A stretch of 64,000 bases of DNA from Clostridia bacterium (GTDB lineage Bacteria; Bacillota; Clostridia; UMGS1883). The position numbers were made by a program, and so were the translations under genes. The notes under the pieces were generated by a model. It saw only the letters and a list, made by a program, of their open reading frames with translations, was not told the DNA's origin and made no database searches. Shown piece by piece: positions 8,559 to 17,887 of the stretch (positions are counted from its first letter, which is position 1; each line of letters begins with the position of its first letter). Location: contig JAZLFH010000017.1 in assembly GCA_045615705.1 (NCBI GenBank), positions 9,121 to 73,120 of the forward strand, read 5' to 3'.

Positions 8559-11399
8559 GTGAGTGCCTTGAATAAAAAGTTTTTTTACGCTTTTGTTTTG
8601 GTGCTCATTTTTTGTGCTGTTTTTTCCTTTAATGTCTGTGCTTTTGACAACGGCGACTTTGAAACGCAAGATGTTTCTATGTGGTTTGGCGGAATAAGTG
8701 ATTCTTCAATTTCATTTGAAGGCGGAAATTCTTTTTACCTGAATAATCCATACGGCGAAATCAGTATTGACGGAACTTCACTCCACGAACTTGATTATTT
8801 GAATACTCTTTACCTTTCCACAGGTAAAATCTACACAATAACTTTATCTGCACTAAATGTAGCTCATGAAAGTGTATCAAATCCGATTTCATCCGTTTCA
8901 CTTTCCCGTTCCGCACACAAAGCCCTCATCACAGTAAAAAATGTCGGTTCTTCGTGGGAAACTGCATCAGTTTCGTTGGTAGTCCCCGAAAATGGCTATT
9001 ACTCGTTTTCTTTTTTGATTGAAGGCAATGCTTACAGTGGTGTTTTTGTTGACAATATTTCTGTTACCGAAGATATTTTTACTCCGGCAGGAATTAAAAT
9101 TTCAGGTCAAAAGTCGGTATATGTTCCGGAGATAGGAAGCGAAACTTACTCGTATTCCGCAATCATGTACGATTCTGCGGGAAACGAAGCAACTGTATTT
9201 TCACTCTCAATACTACCTGACGGTGTTCTCCCCGAAGGGGTTAGTTTTGACTCCGAAAAAGGTATGTTGACAGTTTCTAAAAATGCCCATGCAGGAGACG
9301 AACTCACTTTAATTTGTTATTCTCCTTCTTATATTAATGTAACAAGTACAAAACTGACGGTAACATTAAGCGACAACATATTTGAAAATTCTGTATTTGG
9401 TATAGGCAGCGGTTGGAAAATGAGCGGAGAATATGAGATTGATACGGAAAAAATACTCCTCTCAGTTCCTTCAACTTTAAATTCCGGGTTTTCGGCATAT
9501 CTTGAAGGCGGAAAAATGTATGTCTTTTCCTGCATTGCTTCGTCTGTTTTTTCAAGTGATGACCATTTCTCTGTTTCAAGTGTTGTAAATTCCGATGCTA
9601 CAATTGATGTGGATATTGAAAATGTCGGGGAGCAAAGTATTATTGAAACCGCTTTCACCCCCAAAAACAGCGGAATCTATGACATTAGAATTAACTTTTT
9701 GTCGCCGGACGGGGATTTTATAGCCCTTTCAAATATTTCTCTTTCAAAAAGGGAATCGGAGGTTTCAAGAATTTCTTTAAGTGTTCCCGGAAATCTGTCC
9801 ATTGCTAATCAAAGTTATTCCGTTCCTTTCGGCGTAAAAACTTTTGACCTTTCCGGAACGGAAATTTTTAAAGACCTTGATTTTTCTCTCTCCGAAGAAA
9901 ATCCCGGAATAGAAATTGACCCAATCGCTTCTCTCATAACTGTTTCTCCAACTGCAAATGAGGGTATGTATACTTTTAGGGCATCACTCAAAAATGACAG
10001 TTCCGTATTTAGCGAATCGACTATTGCAATTGGTCTTGAATACATTGGCGACGGCAGTTTTGAAAATCGAGGCGTAAACGAAGTTTGGGCAACGCCGTAC
10101 CCGTCTTCTTTAAATATAATTGATGACGGAACCAAAAAATTTGCTTTAATTAATTCCAATGATTTTTACTCGATTTTACTTTCAAATTCGTATATGCATC
10201 TTATCGGTCAAAAAAATTATATATTTTCCTTAGACATTTTGTCAGTTGAAAGTCCGACAACCATGACCGCTTTTATTAAAGATGCGTTTAATTCCGACAA
10301 TAGCGTTCCGATTTGTCAAGCATATTTAAATGAAGGCAGAAACATCTTTGAAATTTTTTCTGTTGATGAAAATATTACAGGAAGCATATTGCTTTATTTT
10401 GAAAGCGAAAACGGAAACATTGACATTTCTCTCGACAATATTTCTATAAAAGAAGCTATTTTAGGTGCCTATAATGTAAAAATTATAGGCGATACGGTTT
10501 TAAATGAATCTGTAAGCGGTTCTTATCAATATCTTAATAACATGACGGATTTAGAGTCCGACAATGCAAGCATAACAAGATGGTATATCTCTTCTTCCCC
10601 AACAGGACCGTTTGAACCGATAGAAATTGAAAATCAACCAATACTTTATTTAAATGAACAAATGCTTGGCCAGTATGTTCTTTTTGAGGTAACTCCTATT
10701 TGTAAAAAAACCGGACTGAGTTCTGAACCTATTCGCTCTGCACCTTACATTGTTCATAAAGAAGGTAGTTTTCCCGATTTATCGGCACCGCCAAGTACAA
10801 GCAATGTGCCATATGATAAATATACGCTTGTTTCTCTTTCAAACGAAAAAAAAGAGTGCCCGTTTTTGGATATAACCGGGCACTGGTGCGAAGAAAATAT
10901 TAAAACGCTTTTTAATGCAGGTGTCATAAACGGCAGGTCAAGAACAGAATTTGCTCCCAATGACAGCATTAGCCGAGCAGAATTCTCTGCCCTTTTAATA
11001 AGAATTTTTTCTCTGGTCCCTTCGGCATACAGCGGTACTTTTAGCGATGTTTCATCCTCTGACTGGTATGCTTCCGCCATTGAAGTTGCCGTCAGAGAAG
11101 GTTTTGCACTTGGTATGTCCGATAATACATTTGCCCCCAACAGTCCGATAACCCGAGAGCAAATTGCCCTTATGGTAGTCCGTGCCTACTATAAAAACAA
11201 TGGCGATGCTCCATTAAATATAGACCTCACTTTTAATGACACTGACGAAATAAGTCCTTGGGCGTACACAGGAGTTAAAGATGCGTACTTCCTCGGAATT
11301 ATAGAGGGCATGGGAGATAACACATTTGCTCCAAAGAAAAATGCAACTCGTGCCGAGGCAGTTACCATGCTTATAAGACTGATTAAGAAACTATCGTAG
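8559..11399 (+). CDS. Large secreted modular surface protein with three C-terminal SLH domains
   Basis: Signal peptide. Three jelly-roll/CBM-like modules start with DNGDFE / NIFENS / GDGSFEN motifs and alternate with Ig-like segments. The C-terminus has three SLH repeats (FLDITGHW..., FSDVSSSDWY..., FNDTDEISPWAY...). Start is GTG at 8559 or in-frame TTG at 8568 after GGAGG. Confidence 0.85.
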   Translation: MSALNKKFFYAFVLVLIFCAVFSFNVCAFDNGDFETQDVSMWFGGISDSSISFEGGNSFYLNNPYGEISIDGTSLHELDYLNTLYLSTGKIYTITLSALNVAHESVSNPISSVSLSRSAHKALITVKNVGSSWETASVSLVVPENGYYSFSFLIEGNAYSGVFVDNISVTEDIFTPAGIKISGQKSVYVPEIGSETYSYSAIMYDSAGNEATVFSLSILPDGVLPEGVSFDSEKGMLTVSKNAHAGDELTLICYSPSYINVTSTKLTVTLSDNIFENSVFGIGSGWKMSGEYEIDTEKILLSVPSTLNSGFSAYLEGGKMYVFSCIASSVFSSDDHFSVSSVVNSDATIDVDIENVGEQSIIETAFTPKNSGIYDIRINFLSPDGDFIALSNISLSKRESEVSRISLSVPGNLSIANQSYSVPFGVKTFDLSGTEIFKDLDFSLSEENPGIEIDPIASLITVSPTANEGMYTFRASLKNDSSVFSESTIAIGLEYIGDGSFENRGVNEVWATPYPSSLNIIDDGTKKFALINSNDFYSILLSNSYMHLIGQKNYIFSLDILSVESPTTMTAFIKDAFNSDNSVPICQAYLNEGRNIFEIFSVDENITGSILLYFESENGNIDISLDNISIKEAILGAYNVKIIGDTVLNESVSGSYQYLNNMTDLESDNASITRWYISSSPTGPFEPIEIENQPILYLNEQMLGQYVLFEVTPICKKTGLSSEPIRSAPYIVHKEGSFPDLSAPPSTSNVPYDKYTLVSLSNEKKECPFLDITGHWCEENIKTLFNAGVINGRSRTEFAPNDSISRAEFSALLIRIFSLVPSAYSGTFSDVSSSDWYASAIEVAVREGFALGMSDNTFAPNSPITREQIALMVVRAYYKNNGDAPLNIDLTFNDTDEISPWAYTGVKDAYFLGIIEGMGDNTFAPKKNATRAEAVTMLIRLIKKLS

Positions 11400-11765
11400 G
11401 TTATATTTTCCGAGTGCATCAACACGAGATATTTCTTCAAGAAGTATTTCATCCAGGTCTATGTCTAATGCGTTGCAAAGTGATGCAAGGTAAAAAATAT
11501 TCTCCCCTATTTCCCTTTTTATCGCATTTTTACAATCTTCACACAGTTCACCTTCAATTTGAGTTTCGTTCCCGTTTGATTTAAAGATGTCCGTACTTTT
11601 ACGGGCATTTATTTTTATGCAGCCACACGCAGTTGCGGCTTTTATGGTGCTTCGGTTTACTCTTCCGTTTGTTATGTGAAATTTTGTTAAAATGTCAAGC
11701 AAACTCTTGTTTCTTACAAGGAGTTTTCTTACCTTTTGTTGAAAATCACCTGTTGTGCCATACAT
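11391..11765 (-). CDS. Hypothetical 124-aa protein with Cys pairs (CGC ... CEDC) and a MazG-like C-terminal helix
   Basis: Good SD (AAGGGAG) and a consensus promoter. EIGENIFYLASLCNALDIDLDEIL resembles the MazG-type helix, but the catalytic EExxE motifs are not evident. Family assignment is uncertain. Confidence 0.5.
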   Translation of the reverse strand: MYGTTGDFQQKVRKLLVRNKSLLDILTKFHITNGRVNRSTIKAATACGCIKINARKSTDIFKSNGNETQIEGELCEDCKNAIKREIGENIFYLASLCNALDIDLDEILLEEISRVDALGKYNLR

Positions 11766-11809
11766 TAAATCAACTCCCTTAAATTTACATTTTTGTTTTT
11801 ATATTACAT

Positions 11810-11838
11810 ATTATACGACTTGTGAAATTGACTGTCAA
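11810..11838 (-). promoter_or_regulatory. Consensus sigma-A-type promoter (TTGACA-17-TATAAT) for the 124-aa gene
   Basis: The minus strand reads TTGACAgtcaatttcacaagtcgTATAAT. Confidence 0.6.
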
Positions 11839-11853
11839 CCGAAAAGAAAGCAG

Positions 11854-11881
11854 AAATCGCACGACTTTTGTCGTGCGATTT
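11854..11881 (-). terminator. Rho-independent terminator of tcdA
   Basis: AAATCGCACGAC tttt GTCGTGCGATTT immediately after the tcdA stop codon. Confidence 0.7.
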
Positions 11882-12571
11882 TTATGCATTTACGATATCT
11901 CTTACTACTTCTCCCGCAATAATAAGTCCTGCTGTCGGCGGAACAAATGCCGAACTTGAAAGTTTGTGTCCTAAAAGTGGCTTTATCGGTTTTTCTTTTG
12001 AAAACACAACCTTTAAATCTTTAATTTTCCGCTCCTTCAATTCGTGCCTCATAACTTTACAAAGAGGGCATTCGCTCGTTTTAAAGATGTCAGACACTTC
12101 AAGAAGTTCCGGATAAATTTTGTTTGCTGTTCCCATTGCACAGATTATCGGAATGTTTCTTTTTTTTGCATTTTCGATTATTGAAAGTTTAGCCGTTACA
12201 TTGTCAATCGCATCAACGACATAGTCATAATTTTCGTCAAAAAACAACTCCGCATTTTCTTTGGTAACAAACACTTTTTTAGCATTTACAAAAATGCCGG
12301 GGTTAATTTCTTTAAGTCGTTTTTCCGTTGCAATGACTTTATCCTCGCCGATGTTATTATAAAGAGCGATTACCTGACGATTTATATTTGTTACATCTAT
12401 GACATCACAATCCACAATCGTAATTCTTCCTATTCCGCTTCTTACAAGTGCCTCTGCACAAATTCCTCCTACTCCGCCTAATCCGAATAGCAGTACATTG
12501 CTGTTATTTAGTTTTTCAACATTTTCTTTACCGAAAAGTGCTTCTGTTCTTTCAAACATATCATTCACCAT
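11882..12571 (-). CDS. tcdA: tRNA threonylcarbamoyladenosine dehydratase (ThiF/E1-like, TcdA/CsdL)
   Basis: Rossmann motif VLLFGLGGVGG, followed by the IVDCDVIDVTNINRQ pattern typical of TcdA. About 230 aa. Confidence 0.85.
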   Translation of the reverse strand: MVNDMFERTEALFGKENVEKLNNSNVLLFGLGGVGGICAEALVRSGIGRITIVDCDVIDVTNINRQVIALYNNIGEDKVIATEKRLKEINPGIFVNAKKVFVTKENAELFFDENYDYVVDAIDNVTAKLSIIENAKKRNIPIICAMGTANKIYPELLEVSDIFKTSECPLCKVMRHELKERKIKDLKVVFSKEKPIKPLLGHKLSSSAFVPPTAGLIIAGEVVRDIVNA

Positions 12572-12678
12572 AGATAGAATATATGTTTTTCCTTATTTTT
12601 TCAATAAAAATTTTTAAAAATATATTTATAGTTTTATATTTTAATGGTACAATTATAAAAAAACATCAGAGGTGCAGT

Positions 12679-14181
12679 ATGTTTAACAGAACAAGCGGTG
12701 TATTAATGCCGGTATTTTCTCTTCCCGGAAAATACGGAATAGGTTCATTTTCAAAAGAGGCAAAAGAGTTTTGTAAAAAGATAAAAGAAATGGGTTTTTC
12801 TGTATGGCAAGTACTCCCATTATCGCCTTGCGATTCTTTTAATTCTCCTTATGCAAGTGTAAGTGCTTTTGCCGGTAATCCGTTTTTTATAGACCTTGAA
12901 ATTCTTAATAAGAAAGGTCTTATAAGTAATGAAGAACTTCTAAACAGTACATCTTCTTCTGCTTCTTGTGATTACAAATGGCTAAAAGAAAGTCGTATTC
13001 CGCTTTTAAAAGTTGCTTTTTCCCGTCTTGGTGAAAAGGATAAAAAAGAAGTATCCGCTTTTATGGAAAAAAACCGGCATATCAAAAACTTTGCTCTTTT
13101 TTCAGTTCTTAAAGATGAGAATAATCAAAAACCTTGGCATGAATGGGAAGAAGGAATTCGCTCATTTGATTTAAAAGCCGTAAACTCTGCCTTTGAAAGG
13201 CTTAACGATGAAGTTTTATTTTACGCTTTTTTGCAAAAAGAGTTCTTCTCTCAGTGGTTGGACTTAAAGAATTACGCAAACTCAATCGGTGTTTCTGTAA
13301 TTGGAGATATGCCGATATATCCCACATTAGACAGTGTTGATGTGTGGGCAAATCAAAAATACTTCAAACTTGACAGTATGGGTTTTCCGTTGGAGTGTGC
13401 CGGAGTTCCGCCGGATTACTTCTGTAAGGACGGTCAATTTTGGGGAAATCCGCTATATGATTGGAAAAAACTTAAAGATGATAACTATTCTTGGTGGATA
13501 GATAGGATTAAGTTTAACCTTAGTATTTTCGATGCAGTAAGGATAGACCATTTTAGGGCGTTTTCTTCTTATTTTTCCATCCCAAAGGGTAAAACTGCGA
13601 AGGAAGGCAAATGGATAAAGGGTGCGGGAATAGACTTTTTCAATACTGTAAAAAAAGAACTCGGTGATGTTCCTATAATAGCAGAAGACCTTGGCGACAT
13701 TGATGATGATGTTATAAAACTTTTAAATGATACGGGATTTTACGGAATGAGAGTTTTGCAGTTTGCTTTTACTTCACACGGGGACAATCTCCACCTTCCG
13801 CACAATTATCCGAAACACTCCATCGCCTACACCGGAACTCACGATAACAACACAACATTGGGCTGGCTTTGGGAACAGTCTGATGATGTCAGGAAATACG
13901 CACTTTCTTACTGCGGATTTTCGGGCGATTGGGGAATCGGCGGCAAAGACTCTCCCTCTGTACACGCCATGCTCCGTGCCATTTTTACAAGTCCTTCCAA
14001 CATTGCAATTTGTCCTATTCAAGATATTTTTGGTTACGGCGGTGATACAAGGATAAACACTCCCGGGATAGCGGAGAAAAACTGGGAATTCAGAATAAGT
14101 GAAAATTCGTTAAACGAAGTGAATTCCGATTTCTTTAAAGAATTAAACAGTATAACCCACCGAAGAAACGCATTAATTTAA
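12679..14181 (+). CDS. malQ: 4-alpha-glucanotransferase (amylomaltase)
   Basis: MFNRTSGVLMPVFSLPGKYGIGSF and GDMPIY, IDHFRAF, IAEDLG motifs of GH77. Start moved to the ATG at 12679; the upstream part of the track ORF is low-complexity leader. Confidence 0.9.
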   Translation: MFNRTSGVLMPVFSLPGKYGIGSFSKEAKEFCKKIKEMGFSVWQVLPLSPCDSFNSPYASVSAFAGNPFFIDLEILNKKGLISNEELLNSTSSSASCDYKWLKESRIPLLKVAFSRLGEKDKKEVSAFMEKNRHIKNFALFSVLKDENNQKPWHEWEEGIRSFDLKAVNSAFERLNDEVLFYAFLQKEFFSQWLDLKNYANSIGVSVIGDMPIYPTLDSVDVWANQKYFKLDSMGFPLECAGVPPDYFCKDGQFWGNPLYDWKKLKDDNYSWWIDRIKFNLSIFDAVRIDHFRAFSSYFSIPKGKTAKEGKWIKGAGIDFFNTVKKELGDVPIIAEDLGDIDDDVIKLLNDTGFYGMRVLQFAFTSHGDNLHLPHNYPKHSIAYTGTHDNNTTLGWLWEQSDDVRKYALSYCGFSGDWGIGGKDSPSVHAMLRAIFTSPSNIAICPIQDIFGYGGDTRINTPGIAEKNWEFRISENSLNEVNSDFFKELNSITHRRNALI

Positions 14182-14400
14182 CGGGCTGTAAAAAAACGCA
14201 CCGACCACATAAAGTACATTAAACTTATACAATCACAAATTAAAAGATTTATTTTTTCAAACAAAATAAAGAAAAAATCCGTTTTTAACGAATTTTGAAA
14301 GTTTTATTCTTTTTGCTACGAACAAACTTCACCTCTCGGAGTACTTTCGTACGCCTTCGGGTTCAGTTTGTCCAATCTGCACGCTTTTTTAGTCGCCCGA

Positions 14401-14443
14401 AAAAAGGGGATGTAAAAAATAACTTTTTTACATCCCTTTTTTT
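14401..14443. terminator. Bidirectional Rho-independent terminator between convergent malQ and pncB
   Basis: GGGATGTAAAAAA taac TTTTTTACATCCC, flanked by an A run and a T run. Confidence 0.7.
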
Positions 14444-14457
14444 AAGCATTCATAATG

Positions 14458-15912
14458 CTATTTTGAATATCTGTTCAAAAGATTATCCCTTACATCCCAA
14501 AGCGGTTTAGATAAATCTACATAGTATCTGTGCGGATTTTCAAATCGTTTTACTTCGTCCCAAATTGTTTCAAGGTCTTCTTCGCATTTTGCCTTTATAC
14601 TTTCAAGCGATGGAAGATCATAGACAAGTTTACCTTTCTCAAACAATCTTACCAAGAGTTTTTTTGCAGTGAAATTCTCAACGGTTTTTCTCTTCCATGT
14701 ACTTATCGGGTCAAAGAGTTCGTAAGGTTTTTTCTCATCAATTTCTTCATCGTGCAAAGTTATAACATCGGCTATTGCCATATTTGTTTCATTACTGTAA
14801 AGCCTGAACACCTGCTTAAAGCCCGGCACAGTAATTTTTTCCACATTTTCGCTAACTTTAATTTTCGGCATCATTTCTCCGTCTTTTTCAACTGCGGAAA
14901 GTTTATACACTCCGCCGAAAACAGGTGTACTCGAAGCGGTAATAAGTCTTTCTCCCACTCCGAACGAATCTATACAAGCACCTTGTATAAGAGTATCTCT
15001 TATAATATATTCATCAAGTGAATTAGACACAACGATTTTGCAATCACTGTAACCCGCATCGTCTAAAATCTGACGCATTTTCTTACTTAAATATGTTATA
15101 TCTCCGCTGTCAATTCTAACGCCCTTTGGTCTTTTCCCCATAGGCTTTAATACCTCGTCAAAGACTTTAATTGCGTTTGGAAGACCGCTTTTTAAAACAT
15201 TGTATGTATCAATTAAAAGCGTGCAATCATCGGGATAAACTTCTGCATATGCCTTAAACGCCTCATATTCGCTGTCAAAAAGTTGCACCCAACTGTGTGC
15301 CATCGTCCCAAGTGCAGGAATTCCGTACATACTGTCTGCAATAGTACAGGCGGTACCCGCACATCCTGCAATATACGCTGCACGAGCACCCAAAATTGCA
15401 CTGTTATATCCGTGGGCTCTTCTCGAACCGAATTCCATAATTGCTCTGCCTTGTGCGGCACGAACAATTCTGTTTGCCTTTGTAGCAATAAGCGTTTGGT
15501 GGTTAATTGTGAGCAGAAGCATAGTTTCAATAAACTGTGCCTGAATTGCAGGTCCCTTTACGATTACGAGTGGCTCTCCCGCAAAAACAGGCGTTCCTTC
15601 CGGAACTGCCCAAACATCACACTCAAATCTAAAATTTGAAAGATACTCCAAAAACTCATCGCAAAACATATTCTTGCTTCTTAAAAAAGCAATATCGTCA
15701 TCGTCAAAATGAAGATTTTCGATATATTCCACAAGTTGCTCCGTTCCTGCCATAATGGCAACACCGCCACCATCAGGAACATTTCTGAAAAACATATCAA
15801 AGCAGACACATTTTTCTCCCATGCCCTTTTTGAAATATCCGTTTGTCATAGTAAACTCATAAAAATCCACCAAAAGTGTATAATTTGGTGGATTTTGCCA
15901 GTATTGACTCAT
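14458..15912 (-). CDS. pncB: Nicotinate phosphoribosyltransferase
   Basis: 484 aa. LLVDFYEFTM N-terminus, the GTMAHSW motif and the DSGD loop are typical of NAPRTase. Confidence 0.9.
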   Translation of the reverse strand: MSQYWQNPPNYTLLVDFYEFTMTNGYFKKGMGEKCVCFDMFFRNVPDGGGVAIMAGTEQLVEYIENLHFDDDDIAFLRSKNMFCDEFLEYLSNFRFECDVWAVPEGTPVFAGEPLVIVKGPAIQAQFIETMLLLTINHQTLIATKANRIVRAAQGRAIMEFGSRRAHGYNSAILGARAAYIAGCAGTACTIADSMYGIPALGTMAHSWVQLFDSEYEAFKAYAEVYPDDCTLLIDTYNVLKSGLPNAIKVFDEVLKPMGKRPKGVRIDSGDITYLSKKMRQILDDAGYSDCKIVVSNSLDEYIIRDTLIQGACIDSFGVGERLITASSTPVFGGVYKLSAVEKDGEMMPKIKVSENVEKITVPGFKQVFRLYSNETNMAIADVITLHDEEIDEKKPYELFDPISTWKRKTVENFTAKKLLVRLFEKGKLVYDLPSLESIKAKCEEDLETIWDEVKRFENPHRYYVDLSKPLWDVRDNLLNRYSK

Positions 15913-15930
15913 TTTAACTCACCATTCTTT

Positions 15931-16218
15931 TCAGCCGTTTTCAATCGCATCTTCAAGCCAAAATTCAGCAATATCAAGTGCTGCATACAAACCGTTTCTC
16001 TCTGCCTTTTTAATAACCTTTGCCTTATCATTATTCATAACAAGTTCAATTGTTACATTGTCCGAAAGTTCAAGATCTTCAACCATTTTTGTCGATTTTA
16101 CAGTAAATACAATGATGTACTTTTCATCAAGGCTTCCGTAATATATTGTATTGCCTCTCCTTACAAGCGGTTTTCCCTTATAAGTAAGGATTTCTTTAGT
16201 GTTTTCTGCTTTTGGCAT
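15931..16218 (-). CDS. Hypothetical small protein (95 aa)
   Basis: ORF with GAGGTG 6 nt upstream of the ATG at 16218, located between htrA and pncB. No family recognised. Confidence 0.45.
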   Translation of the reverse strand: MPKAENTKEILTYKGKPLVRRGNTIYYGSLDEKYIIVFTVKSTKMVEDLELSDNVTIELVMNNDKAKVIKKAERNGLYAALDIAEFWLEDAIENG

Positions 16219-16274
16219 ATATTTCACCTCTGTGAAGATTATAGCACAATTTACACTTTTAGTAAAGAAGTTTT

Positions 16275-17360
16275 TTACTTTTCGCCCAATGTTACCTTAA
16301 TTACTTTACTGTCATTTCCTCTTTTTATTGAAACTTCAATTTCATCACCTACCGAATGTTTTACAAGTTCCTTTCTTAGATCTGTCATAGAGTTAATTTG
16401 ATTATTTTCTATACTTTCAAGTATATCACCTTTTTTTATTCCCGACTTGTACCCTGCTGAATACTCATCAAGTTCAAAAACATATATTCCTTTTGTAAAT
16501 CCACTGCCTATTTTTAAATATTTTGCCTCCTTTGATGTGTATCCGTGCAGTCCTATATACGGCATTTTGAAATCAGGTTCTCTTTTTATTCTTTGCAAAA
16601 TTGCAATATATAAATCTGACGGAATGGCAAATCCCAATGCCTCTGCCGTCGTGATTTTTACAGTATTTATTCCTACTACTTCACCGTTTTCATTAATTAA
16701 AGGTCCGCCACTGTTTCCCGGATTAATTGAAGCATCAGTTTGAATTAAATCTTCTATATAATTTGTTGCACCGTTTGTTTCCACCGCCACAGTTCTTGAA
16801 ACAGCACTTATTATTCCCTTTGTTATCGTCCTTTCAAATTGCATTCCCAACGGATTTCCTATGGCATAAACCGTATCTCCGACATTAAGTGAGTTCGATT
16901 CGATTAATTTTGAATATCTGAAATTTTCGCCGTTCATTTTTATTATTGCAATATCTAATAATTCATCGCCCCACACCATACTTGCGGTGAGTGTATCTCC
17001 TGAATTAAGTGTAACGCTTACCTTGTTCGGACTGTTTTTAATAACATGCATATTTGTCAATATATATCCGTCATCACTTACAATTACCCCCGACCCCATA
17101 TCAATAATTTCTGTTTGTTTTGACAGAAAAGGGCTTCCTTTATATGTCGTGGCAGACAATCCTACAACAGTTTCAGATGTTTCTTCCAACATCCTCTCTT
17201 TGTCCGCTGTTTCCTTTATTGTATTAGTTTGTGTTTCTAAAGGTATCTCTTCCTTCTTTTTGCGATTTGAATCCTGATATATGCCCAATGCCCAAACACT
17301 ACCCATAAATAAAGTCGCCACCATAAGCATTGCAAACAGTATTACAAAAAAACGCTTCAT
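16275..17360 (-). CDS. htrA: HtrA/DegP-family serine protease with C-terminal PDZ domain
   Basis: N-terminal TM anchor, catalytic triad context (TNMHVI, DIAIIK, GNSGGPL), and PDZ-like C-terminus. Confidence 0.9.
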   Translation of the reverse strand: MKRFFVILFAMLMVATLFMGSVWALGIYQDSNRKKKEEIPLETQTNTIKETADKERMLEETSETVVGLSATTYKGSPFLSKQTEIIDMGSGVIVSDDGYILTNMHVIKNSPNKVSVTLNSGDTLTASMVWGDELLDIAIIKMNGENFRYSKLIESNSLNVGDTVYAIGNPLGMQFERTITKGIISAVSRTVAVETNGATNYIEDLIQTDASINPGNSGGPLINENGEVVGINTVKITTAEALGFAIPSDLYIAILQRIKREPDFKMPYIGLHGYTSKEAKYLKIGSGFTKGIYVFELDEYSAGYKSGIKKGDILESIENNQINSMTDLRKELVKHSVGDEIEVSIKRGNDSKVIKVTLGEK

Positions 17361-17368
17361 AAAAAAAC

Positions 17369-17395
17369 CTCCAAAGTATAAACTACCCTTTGGAG
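17369..17395 (-). terminator. Hairpin after ispF whose 3' arm contains the htrA Shine-Dalgarno
   Basis: The minus strand reads CUCCAAAG-11 nt-CUUUGGAGG UUUUUUU AUG. The U tract runs directly into the htrA start codon. Confidence 0.5.
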
Positions 17396-17410
17396 ATTAT
17401 TTTATACATA

Positions 17411-17887
17411 TTATATTTTTTCTATCAAAGCAACTGCTCGGGTTTCAATGCCTTCTTCTTTGCCGATAAACCCCAATTTCTCATTTGTTTTTGCCTTGAT
17501 GCTTACAAATTCTTTGTCAATAGACAAAACCGAAGCAATTTTTTCTTGCATCAGAGGGATAAACGGTGCCATTTTAGGCTTCTGTGCAATTATTATGCTA
17601 TCTATATTCACTATCCGGTATCCTTTTTCTTTTAAAAGTTCATTAGCATCTTCTAAAAGGCTGACACTTGAAATATCTTTGTATTTATCACTTGTATCCG
17701 GATAATGGCTTCCGATATCACCAAGTGCCGATGCACCAAACAGTGCATCAATTATGGCATGAATTAAAGCATCGGCATCGGAATGTCCTAAAAGTCCCTT
17801 GTCGTGCGGAATTTCTATTCCGCCCAAGATTAGTTTTCTTCCCTCTGCAAGTGCGTGAGTATCACAGCCTATTCCAACTCTTATCAC
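17411..17887 (-). CDS. ispF: 2-C-methyl-D-erythritol 2,4-cyclodiphosphate synthase
   Basis: MIRVGIGCDTHAL...GHSDADALIHAI is canonical IspF. 158 aa. Confidence 0.95.
   Translation of the reverse strand: MIRVGIGCDTHALAEGRKLILGGIEIPHDKGLLGHSDADALIHAIIDALFGASALGDIGSHYPDTSDKYKDISSVSLLEDANELLKEKGYRIVNIDSIIIAQKPKMAPFIPLMQEKIASVLSIDKEFVSIKAKTNEKLGFIGKEEGIETRAVALIEKI

Noticed and set aside
8555-8575. Near-identical translation-initiation regions GGAG(G/A)TGAGTGC(C/T)TTGA(A/G)T at the SLH gene (8555) and the GT4-CsaB gene (41695), both giving an MSAL N-terminus
   Set aside because: After discounting the constrained SD and start codon, only ~10 of 12 further matches remain. That is not clearly beyond chance given the number of gene-start pairs, and no extended upstream similarity exists.
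14183-14195. Shared 13-mer GGGCTGTAAAAAA plus loosely similar flanks at 14183 and 57681
   Set aside because: Exact 13-mers are expected many times by chance in 64 kb of A/T-rich DNA. The flanking similarity needs gaps and is weak.
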